DNA of 39,429 nucleotides from Vitrella brassicaformis CCMP3155 (Eukaryota > Protista > Chromerida): assembly GCA_001179505.1 (NCBI GenBank), contig CDMY01000629.1, forward strand, positions 1 through 39,429, read 5' to 3'. Made by a program: the position numbers and the translations under genes. Each line of letters opens with the position of its first letter. The stretch's first letter is position 1. Below are positions 20,292-30,899 of this stretch, piece after piece. The notes under the pieces were generated by a model, which was not told the origin of the DNA, searched no databases, and was given only the letters and a program-made list of their open reading frames with translations.

Positions 20292-22230
20292 TCAAGAGGG
20301 TGGCCCGACGGGCACCTCTGACGACGCGCTCTCTGATGCGCCAGCACCACTGCTGCTCGCCTCGGTGGATGGCTGCTGAGCCTCCTCCGTCGCGCCACCC
20401 GTCACCTCCCTCGATGCCGTCTTGACATCGGCCTTCTCGGCCTCTGAGCCGCCCTTGTCGGGTGTGTCGGCAATCTCAGGCCCACCACACGATGAACAAG
20501 ACCTGAGAGGCAGAAGCACACACAGCACAGGGAGAAATCTCGTGCTGTTCGTGTGTCTTCGTGACTGCCTTGGCGTACCTGACGAGCGTCTGAGCAAGAC
20601 GCGACACCCAGGAGCGACTGGACAGTCGCCAGCAAATGCTTGGAGGCGGCTGAATTCTCTGCTTGTCTGCATAACTGTAACCCATATATCTGCAGCTCTG
20701 CCCCTCATGCCCCGTCATCCTCGAATTCGGTGCATGTATGTGCTGCATGTTGCCTGCTTGTGGCTGTCTGACTGACTGGCTGGAGGTAGAATGGATGGAA
20801 ATCGATGGAAAAGGAAGGATTCGTTTATCGATGTACAGTTAGTGTCGCCCATCTGTGGGTTTACTTTGTCGATTGGTACTGGTTTGCGCCTGCGAGCGCT
20901 CGTTGAAAGGCGAACTGACTGTCTGAAGAGCCGTCTGAGACACGGCTTGTTTGCTTTGATTGGGGTTTACAAGCGAAAGGGAAGGTGCTTTGATTACTTT
21001 TGGAAAGGTCTATGTACTTACTTCACGAAAGAAAGGCCGAACAAGGGAAGACAAGAGAGCGCAGGCCAGGAAGGAAGGCTGGCCGTGGCTGAGTTTCTCG
21101 TTTACATGCAACCGCTGCATGCAACCGCTGTTTGTAAAGCATGGCGCTAGTTGTACAGGGTGCGTACATAACGCCATAACGCCGTACGGGCATTGTAGGA
21201 GCGAGGCCATTTTTCGAAGCCTTCAATGCTCACATCCCTCCTTCGAGTTTCTCTTTGTCGTTTGTCTTCGTCGATATTCCTTTCCTTCCTTCCCTCCCCC
21301 CCCCGTTGTCTTGTGCTCTGACGGACAAAGAGACTCGTTCCCGTATCGGGTTGAAGTGCTGAGTGTGTTGTCTTCGGCGTGTGATTGCTTGGAGACTCCC
21401 TCCGCAGAGCTGCCCTTTGCTGCCTCATTCCCTTTGAGTCGTTTGCTTTGCTTGTGCTTCGGCGCCTGGCGGACGACGATAAGGAGCCCAGGTATGACAT
21501 ACACAGATTGTGCTTGTGTGGCGTGGTGTGTCTGTGTCAGCGCGGAGACGTGTGCGAAATGCTGCCTGGGGTAGATGGATGTCGTCTGAGCGGGAGGCGG
21601 ACCTCACGGATCCGGGACTTACTTGCCTGAGTCTTGCCGTTGATACGGGTTCCTTCGGGGACGCCGCCGGTGGCTTCGTAAGTGCAAGGGTACCCTCGTG
21701 GGGAGAAGAGTCGCCTCGCAGAAGGCAATCCTTTGAAAGGGCTGTGAGGATCTCTGTTGAGTGGAGCTTTCCTTTGCGCTCCGTTCCCTCTGTGGTCGTC
21801 TGTGCGGTGCACCCAAGAGGGCCTTGACACCTCGTGAGGGCCGATGCCGAGGAGGAACTTGGGTCGGGGCTCTTCATGGCCGACCAAGAGATGAGTGGCG
21901 AGGACTGCTCTAGTGGAGGGAGCGCCTCTGAGCCGTGGTCTGGTCTGCTGTTGTAATGAAGTGATGCGCAGAGACGCATGGTCGGCGGCCTTGAGAGGAT
22001 CTTGGCTGGCCGTCATGTCGTTCGCGCTGGGACTGATGCCGCCTGCATCTTTTCCCCCATTCGCAACGTTCCTGCAACGCTCTCGGGTGGCCTGATGAGG
22101 ATGAGACGCGTCTCCTCTCAGCCCAACTCGTTTCGTCGGCTTCATGCCCACGCATTGGCGCAGCTCTCTCTGGTGTCTCACTTTCTAGCTGAGACTCAGC
22201 CCTCCCGTTGCGTACGGAATGAGTGACCAT
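20292..22230 (-). CDS. Hypothetical multi-exon low-complexity protein (model incomplete)
   Basis: Phase-consistent chain ...KFLLGIGPHE|gtgtca..cag|TTTEGTERK...ARLRQ|gtaagt..cag|APKHKQ...; S/E/A-rich last ORF 20292-20708; a C9 run at 21296-21304 may hide a frameshift; no recognisable domain. Confidence 0.4.
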
Positions 22231-23422
22231 GGATATTTCTATGACTGCGGCGCATGTACGCGCTCATAGTTCACCGACGGACGGACAAGCACCGACACAT
22301 CGATCAAAGATGACGATGATTGTTTGGTTGCTGCGTGGATGGACAAATCCCCCGTGTCTCGGGTGATATTGATTCATTCACGTATGTCTCATTCGGTCCA
22401 TGCCTCACACTCACCGACGCATCCATCTACCCCTGGCGGATGGCACACGTCTGGTGCTCATGGTGGTGATGTCAATTTGTGACAGGAGGGAGGGAGGTTG
22501 GAAGTGAAAGTCCTGACATGCATTGCCTNNNNNNNNNNNNNNNNNNNNNNNNNNNNNNNNNNNNNNNNNNNNNNNNNNNNNNNNNNNNNNNNNNNNNNNN
22601 NNNNNNNNNNNNNNNNNNNNNNNNNNNNNNNNNNNNNNNNNNNNNNNNNNNNNNNNNNNNNNNNNNNNNNNNNNNNNNNNNNNNNNNNNNNNNNNNNNNN
22701 NNNNNNNNNNNNNNNNNNNNNNNNNNNNNNNNNNNNNNNNNNNNNNNNNNNNNNNNNNNNNNNNNNNNNNNNNNNNNNNNNNNNNNNNNNNNNNNNNNNN
22801 NNNNNNNNNNNNNNNNNNNNNNNNNNNNGCTCTAGTGGAGGGAGCGCCTCTGAGCCGTGGTCTGGTCTGCTGTTGTAATGAAGTGATGCGCAGAGACGCA
22901 TGGTCGGCGGCCTTGAGAGGATCTTGGCTGGCCGTCATGTCGTTCGCGCTGGGACTGATGCCGCCTGCATCTTTTCCCCCATTCGCAACGTTCCTGCAAC
23001 GCTCTCGGGTGGCCTGATGAGGATGAGACGCGTCTCCTCTCAGCCCAACTCGTTTCGTCGGCTTCATGCCCACGCATTGGCGCAGCTCTCTCTGGTGTCT
23101 CACTTTCTAGCTGAGACTCAGCCCTCCCGTTGCGTACGGAATGAGTGACCATGGATATTTCTATGACTGCGGCGCATGTACGCGCTCATAGTTCACCGAC
23201 GGACGGACAAGCACCGACACATCGATCAAAGATGACGATGATTGTTTGGTTGCTGCGTGGATGGACAAATCCCCCGTGTCTCGGGTGATATTGATTCATT
23301 CACGTATGTCTCATTCGGTCCATGCCTCACACTCACCGACGCATCCATCTACCCCTGGCGGATGGCACACGTCTGGTGCTCATGGTGGTGATGTCAATTT
23401 GTGACAGGAGGGAGGGAGGTTG

Positions 23423-24207
23423 GAAGTGAAAGTCCTGACATGCATTGCCTTGATTCTTCTTGCAAGCCCGATCGCGCTTCTTTTTCCTCGACTCCCACCC
23501 GATCGGGTTTGCACGAAGAATTGCGTGTTGCAAACTGAGATTTGTGTGGTTATTGCTGGCAGGCGCCTCACGGGCCCCCGCCTACGTCTCTGCCCTTGCT
23601 GGACGACGATTGGCGGGCATCTTCGAGAATGTTGCACTGCAGCCAAGCAGAAGATCGAGCCGCTCTGCAACCCGGCGTCTAAAGAGACTAACAAGCTCAA
23701 GGCGATTGTCGAGACCATCACTTTTGAATGCTCTTCGAGGTACTTTGGAGGCACTTTGGTGGACAACACAATTGGCTCCATCGATTTTTGGCCTCACACA
23801 CCATGGCAGATGTGGGGGGGTTTGCCCTCACACACCAGGGCAGATGGGAGCCAATACATGATGCGATGGTGTGTGTGTGTGTCTGTGTGTGTATGTGCCA
23901 TTCGTTCTTGCGAAGCCGAGGCCCGAAGGGCCCAGCCTAAGCGTGGCCTCCCTCGTCTGTGTGTGTTCTCTGTGTGTGTATGTGTGTGCATCGTATGGAC
24001 ACCCCCATCCACCCCCTGCACTCATCGGTTGTCTCTCTCTCTCTCTCTCGCTATTTGTGTGTGTGTGTGTGTGTGTGGTTGATACGAAGGCGAGGCCCGA
24101 AGGGGCGAGCCGAGCCAAGCCAAGGCATGGTGTGTGTGTCTATGTGCAGCACATGATGGACACCCCCACACACACCTACTTGCCTTCTGCACTCATCGGT
24201 TGTCTCC

Positions 24208-24244
<37 letters not shown>

Positions 24245-27200
24245 TGGTGCGAAGGCGAGGCCCGAAGGGCCGAGCCGAGCGTGTGTGTCTGTGTGTGTGC
24301 GCATTCCACACACCCTCTGCACACACCCTCTGCACACATCGATTGTCTCTCTCTCTCTCTCTCTCTGTATCCACCAGGGCATGTTGAACCTTACTAATAC
24401 CATTTCACATGTGATTCAACATGTCTTTTGAGATTCTCCTTTGGAACAGACGCTCGCCTGCACCGCCGCGACGTGGCCAGCGACCGAGCCCTGCTCGCTC
24501 CGCCGCCTGCTAAGCGGCCAGACAAACTGGACAAGTGGGAAATCGCTCCCCATCTCCTTTTTGTTTGCTCTCGTTCACGCGCTGTGCGCGTGGGCTTCTC
24601 GCTAGTCTCATATGAAAAACCGTAACAAACCCTAGCGAAATCCTGGACGAGGCTTGCCCCGCCCTGCAGGCTCGCCCTTGCGATCGCCGAAGGCCGCAGT
24701 AGAGAATGAAGAAGGAAGGAGGAGGAGAAGGGATGTAGGGAGAGCGTTGGCGCTTGTTTTGGAGCGTTGGGGTAGGTGGGTGGGTGGGAGGGAGGGAGCT
24801 GACATGCATTGCCTTGCTGGGAGGGATTTTTCGTGCAGGCCCGATTGCGCTTCTTCTCCTCGGCTGGCACCCGATCGGGTTTGCACGAAGAATTTGTGGA
24901 AAAGGAGGGAGGAGAGGAGGGACGTAGGGAGGGCTCGAGCGTTTTGGCGCTCGGATGGCTTTCTTCTATGGGACTTCGCCAGCACAGAGGGACTTCGCAA
25001 TAAGCGTAGATTACCGGCGCCGCCCCGAGTCTCCAGAAATGTTTGAGGCAGGTGGGTGGGAGGAAGGGATGGAGGGAGGGAGGGATGGAGGGATGGCCTT
25101 TCATGTACTTTTCATGAAAGGCCTGACATGCATTGCAAGTACATGTCCTGCTGCCGCCTTTCTGTCTCTGTCTCTCTGTCTCTGACGTCCCGATGCTTGC
25201 AGGTCACGATGTGGAGGTTCGAGTCGTGTGGACGGCTGTGGCCCTGCTGGGAGACGGAAGTCATGGTGAGGAGACGCTGGCTCATGTGGTGCTCCGTGCA
25301 CCTGAATCGCCTCACCACAGTTTGGTTTTCCTGGTGGGTGGGTGGGTGGGTGGGTGGGGCGAGCACAGTGGAGAGACGAGCCGTGGGCACAGTCTGTGTG
25401 GTGTCGTGAACCGTGCAGACAGACGGTCCAGTCAATGTTGCCGTGGGCGAGTACGTGCTGTCTGTCACCTTTCTGTACCGACAGCAGCCCTTCATGTACG
25501 GGACAGTGAGCCAGTACAGGCAGTCCCTGGACCAGGCTCGCCCAGGCTCGCCCTACGGTCGATCCGAACACCGCAGTAGAGAATGACGAAGGAAGGAGGA
25601 GGAGAAGGGACGTAGGGAGAGCGTTGGCGCATGCGGAGCGTTATGGCAGGTGGGTGGGTGGGAGGGAGGCTGGAAGTGAAAGTCCTGACATGCATTGGCT
25701 TGATTCGTCGTGCAGGCCCGATCGCGCTTCTTTTTCTCGGCTCCCACCCGATCGGGTTTGCACGAAGAATTGCGTGTTGCAGACTGAGATTCGCCCGTCT
25801 CTCAGCTGCAGCTCCGCACTCATGAGCCAGCGGCCTTCAGAGGCACCCTCGCTACAGGCCGCTCGCGAGCATGACAGGCATGACGGCGAGGGCTCACCCT
25901 CCCACGAAATGCACATGCAGGACGGGGATGGCCATGGGGCTGCGCATTTCCACACTGGCCACGGGGCGGGGTGTGTGCGTGCCTCTGAGTGTTTGTTTTG
26001 TCTGGCTTTGGCAGGGGTGTATGCCGCATGGGCCGTTGATGGGATGGTGAATGATTAGAATGATGAGGGAGGGGAGGATGGCTTCGTTCCTTATCAGGTG
26101 AGGCGCAGCTCAAGACTGTAGCCATTGAATGATGTTTTGTATGGCTCTGTGCGGTCTGCGTAGGTCTTTGTGGTTATTGCTGGGAGGCGCCTCGTGAGCC
26201 CTGGCTCGGGCAGCGGAGGTTCGGGGCAGGTGGGNNNNNNNNNNNNNNNNNNNNNNNNNNNNNNNNNNNNNNNNNNNNNNNNNNNNNNNNNNNNNNNNNN
26301 NNNNNNNNNNNNNNNNNNNNNNNNNNNNNNNNNNNNNNNNNNNNNNNNNNNNNNNNNNNNNNNNNNNNNNNNNNNNNNNNNNNNNNNNNNNNNNNNNNNN
26401 NNNNNNNNNNNNNNNNNNNNNNNNNNNNNNNNNNNNNNNNNNNNNNNNNNNNNNNNNNNNNNNNNNNNNNNNNNNNNNNNNNNNNNNNNNNNNNNNNNNN
26501 NNNNNNNNNNNNNNNNNNNNNNNNNNNNNNNNNNCGGAGGTTCGGGGCAGGTGGGTGGGGGGGGGGGGGGTTGGTTACGGTGACGGGCCCTGGGAATGCC
26601 TCGCCCTCCGAGGGAGGAATTCTTCTTGCAAGCCCGATCGCGCTTCTCTTCCTCGACTCCCACCCGATCGGGTTTGCACGAAGAAATATACGATATATAT
26701 TGCGTGTTGCAAACTGAGATTCTGTGTGGTTATTGCTGGCAGGCGCCTCACGGGCCCCCGCCTACGTCTCTGCTCTTGCTGGACGAGGATTGGGGGGCAT
26801 CTTCGAGAATGAGCTGCAGCCAAGCAGAAGATCGAGCCGCTCTGCAACCCGGCGTCTAAAGAGACCAACAAGCTCAAGGCGATTGTCGAGACCATCACTT
26901 TTGAATGCTCTTCGAGGTACTTTGGAGGCACTCTGGTGGACAACACAATTGGCTCCATCGATTTTTGGCCTCACACACCATGGCAGATGTGGGGGGGTTT
27001 GCCCTCACACACCAGGGCAGATGGGAGCCAATGCATGATGCGATGGTGTGTGTGTGTGTCTGTGTGTGTACGTGCCATTCGTTCTTGCGAAGCCGAGGCC
27101 CGAAGGGCCCAGCCTGAGCGTGGCCTCCCTCGTCTGTGTGTGTTCTCTGTGTGTGTATGTGTGTGCATTGTATGGACACCCCCATCCACCCCCTGCACTC

Positions 27201-27388
27201 ATCGGTTGTCTCTCTCTCTCTCTCTCGCTATTTGTGTGTGTGTGTGTGTGGTTGATACGAAGGCGAGGCCCGAAGGCCCGAAGGGCCGAGCCGAGCCAAG
27301 CCAAGGCATGGTGTGTGTGTCTGTGTGCAGCACATGATGGACACCCCCCCACACACCTACTTGCCTTCTGCACTCATCGGTTGTCTCC

Positions 27389-27423
<35 letters not shown>

Positions 27424-27768
27424 TGGTGCGAAGGCGAGGGCCGAAGGGCCGAGCCGAGCGTGTGTGTCTGTGTGTGTGCATTCCACACACCCTCTGCACA
27501 CATCGATTGTCTCTCTCTCTCTCTCTCTGTATCCACCAGGGCATGTTGAACCTTACTAATACCATTTCACATGTGATTCAACATATCTTTTGAGATTCTC
27601 CTTTGGAAGAGACGCTCGCCTGCACCGCCGCGATGTGGCCAGCGACCGAGCCCTGCTCGCTCCGCCGCCTGCTAAGCGGCCAGATAAACTGGACAAGTGG
27701 GAAACCGCTCCCTATCTCCTTTTTGTTTGCTCTCGTTCACGCGCTGTGCGCGTGGGCTTCTCGCTAGT
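23423..27768. repeat. Modular repeat complex, family A (unit about 1.37 kb: H module, exon-like block, CA/GA microsatellite block, core, G module)
   Basis: About 23470-24606 directly repeated at about 26630-27768; H module (cccgatcgcgctt...cccacccgatcgggtttgcacgaagaa) at about 23468, 24840, 25717 and 26633; G module at about 24610-24790 and 25540-25670. Confidence 0.9.
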
Positions 27769-28179
27769 AATCCTTAAGAATAACTAGCGAGAGGCCCGCG
27801 CGCAATTTGCGCGCGCAAACAGATGCTCTAAGAAAGCCTCAGGCGCTGCTGGCGCGTCGCTTCGAGAGCCTTACGAAGAGTCAAGACTCGCCAACATGCT
27901 GGGTGGGTGACGAAGACGCCGTTCATCGATGTGTTTTTCTCAAGTGGGTAAGCGAGTGATACAGGGCATCAGCGTCGTGTTACGCGTTTCGGCGATGATT
28001 GAGTCATACCACACGATGCTGCCGATCCGGACGAATTCGACGTACGTGTTGTGTGTTGGTTGGTGTTCAGGAAGGCGTCCACATGTGGCCCCACGGAAGA
28101 GCGCTGAAGGCATGCAGATTGTCATGCGTTTATGTGGACGCGTGTCTGTGCTCATCAAGAACTTCGTGAATGATGCCAT

Positions 28180-29106
28180 GACAGACTCATGTCACATTGT
28201 GTCTGACGCGTGAACGACCTCATGTTGTTACCTGATGCGCGAGTGAGTCCAGTGTCTCTCTGTCGGCACGGTATGCCAAGTGCAAGCCGATTAACTCGGA
28301 TGAAGTCCACTTGCGGCGTGTTCACGCAGGTACGGTCGCGTCAAACCTCGGCGAGATCTGTCCAATTGTCCCTGCGTGACACCCTCTTCTCTAAATGCTC
28401 GGCGGTCGCCTCCTGGTGCCTTCCACGCTGCGCTGCCTCCTCTCGGTCGTGCGTCGCACTATGGTTTCTCTACGTCGGCGTCTGGAGCCTGTCTGCAGTG
28501 GGTCGGGGATCGGTAGGGTTTGTTACGGGTTTTATTGCGTCAAACCTCGGCGAGATCCGTCCAATTGTCCCTGTCTGAACAAGCTGGGCGGTCGCCTCCT
28601 GGTGCCTTCCACGGTGCGACGCTGCCTCCTCTCTCGGTCGTTCGTGCGTCGCCCACTACGGTTTCTCTACGTCGGCCTCTGGGGCGCGGCCTCGGTCCAG
28701 CGATCGGCGATCGGTCGGCGATCGGTAGGGTTTCTTACTTTTTTTCATATAGACTGGCGAGAAGCCCACGCGCACAGCGCGTGAACGAGAGCAAACAAAA
28801 AGGAGATAGGGAGCGGTTTCCCACTTGTCCAGTTTGTCTGGCCGCTTAGCAGGCGGCGGAGCGAGCAGGGCTCGGTCGCTGGCCACGTCGCGGCGGTGCA
28901 GGCGAGCGTCTGTTCCAAAGGAGAATCTCAAAAGACATGTTGAATCACATGTGAAATGGTATTAGTAAGGTTCAACATGCCCTGGTGGATACAGAGAGAG
29001 AGAGAGAGAGACAATCGATGTGTGCAGAGGGTGTGTGGAATGCACACACACACACACACACACGCTCAGCTCGGCCCTTCGGGCCTCGCCTTCGCACCAC
29101 ACACAT

Positions 29107-29143
<37 letters not shown>

Positions 29144-29231
29144 CAACCGATGTGTGCAGAGGGTGTGTGGAATGCACACACACACAGACACACACGCTCG
29201 GCTCGGCCCTTCGGGCCTCGCCTTCGCACCA

Positions 29232-29268
<37 letters not shown>

Positions 29269-30600
29269 GGAGACAACCGATGAGTGCAGAAGGCAAGCAG
29301 GTGTGTGGGGGGGTGTCCATCATGTGCTGCACACAGACACACACACCATGCCTTGGCTTGGCTCGGCTCGGCCCTTCGGGCCTTCGGGCCTCGCCTTCGT
29401 ATCAACCACACACACACACACACAAATAGCGAGAGAGAGAGAGAGAGACAACCGATGAGTGCAGGGGGTGGATGGGGGTGTCCATACAATGCACACACAT
29501 ACACACACNNNNNNNNNNNNNNNNNNNNNNNNNNNNNNNNNNNNNNNNNNNNNNNNNNNNNNNNNNNNNNNNNNNNNNNNNNNNNNNNNNNNNNNNNNNN
29601 NNNNNNNNNNNNNNNNNNNNNNNNNNNNNNNNNNNNNNNNNNNNNNNNNNNNNNNNNNNNNNNNNNNNNNNNNNNNNNNNNNNNNNNNNNNNNNNNNNNN
29701 NNNNNNNNNNNNNNNNNNNNNNNNNNNNNNNNNNNNNNNNNNNNNNNNNNNNNNNNNNNNNNNNNNNNNNNNNNNNNNNNNNNNNNNNNNNNNNNNNNNN
29801 NNNNNNNNAATTTTGAACTCGGATGAAGTCCACTTGCGGCGTGTTCACGCGAGTACGATCGCGTCAAAGCTCGGCGAGATCTGTCCAATAGTCCCTGTCT
29901 GAACACGCTCTCTAATGCTCGGCGCATGACAGACTCATGTCACATTGTGTATGACGCGTGAACGACCTCATGTTGTTACCTGATGTGCGAGTGAGTCCAG
30001 TGTCTCTCTTTCGACACGGTGCGCCAAGTGCAAACCGATGAACCCGGATGAAGTCCGCTTGCGGCGTGTTCACGCAGGTACGATTGCGTCAAACCTCGGC
30101 GAGATCTGTCCAATTGTCCCTGTCTGAACAAGCTGGGCCGTCGCCTCCTGGTGCGTTCCACGGTGCGACGCTGCCTCCTCTCTCGGTCGTTCGTGCGTCG
30201 CCCACTACGGTTTCTCTACGTCGGCCTCTGGGGCGCGGCCCTCGGTCCGGCGATCGGCGATCGGTCGGCGATCGGTAGGGTTTGTTACTTTTTTTTATAT
30301 AGAGTGCGAGTGAGTCCAGTGTCTCTCTTTCGACACGGTGCGCCAAATGCAAACCGATGAACCCGGATGAAGTCCGCTTGCGGCGTGTTCACGCAGGTAC
30401 GATTGCGTCAAACCTCGGCGAGATCTGTCCAATTGTCCCTGTCTGAACAAGCTGGGCCGTCGCCTCCTGGTGCCTTCCACGGTGCGACGCTGCCTCCTCT
30501 CTCGGTCGTTCGTGCGTCGCCCACTACGGTTTCTCTACGTCGGCCTCTGGGGCGCGGCCCTCGGTCCGGCGATCGGCGATCGGTCGGCGATCGGTAGGGT
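28180..30600. repeat. Repeat family B: 319-bp tandem unit (starts at 29985 and 30304) with degenerate copies at about 28240-28740 and 29815-29925
   Basis: gtgcgagtgagtccagtgtctct...cgatcggcgatcggtcggcgatcggtagggttt repeated. Confidence 0.9.
28753..29508. repeat. Inverted copy of family A (right arm of a long inverted repeat with 27151-27768), truncated by gap
   Basis: Reverse complement of 27151-27768 with an extra internal tandem block of about 126 bp; spacer 27769-28752. Confidence 0.9.
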
Positions 30601-30899
30601 TAATATATACATGGATGGATTGCACGATATGTTTAGCAGTTTTTCTCGATGCGAAGACCGTTCCGTGTATCGCCCATCGATTCACAGAACGGCAAGCCGT
30701 ACACAATGCAAGCCGTACACAATGCAAGCCGTACACAATGTGAAGGTCTCCATACACGTGCAGAGATGAAGGATAGAGAGACATGACAGAATATAAAATG
30801 TAGGCAGTGATGTCTGCAGACATTCTAAAGACGCGGACATTCAACAAAGAGACGGCAGAATATAAAATGTAGACAACGATATTGACGGACAGACGGCTC

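Noticed and set aside
22092-22135. Hammerhead ribozyme core (ctgatga followed by a hairpin)
   Set aside because: The required GAAA after stem II and the closing stems are absent; it lies in probable coding sequence
21907-23450. 622-bp exact direct repeat (21907-22528 = 22829-23450)
   Set aside because: The copies sit exactly either side of a placeholder gap and are identical; almost certainly an unmerged contig overlap, so the duplicated ORFs at 22411-23152 are not a second gene
25180-25520. Exon-like blocks between family-A modules
   Set aside because: Splice sites are plausible, but no coherent multi-exon model or domain could be supported
26214-26555. 21-bp repeat cggaggttcggggcaggtggg flanking gap 3
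   Set aside because: Same signature of contig-end overlap across a placeholder gap
23794-29508. Many long ORFs in CA/GA-rich sequence and ORFs crossing N runs
   Set aside because: Artifacts of stop-poor microsatellites and unknown bases
28180-30740. CRISPR-like or telomeric array (incl. 3 x 16-bp aagccgtacacaatgc at about 30692-30739)
   Set aside because: No constant repeat with unique spacers, no cas genes, eukaryotic context, and only single telomere-like octamers rather than tandem arrays
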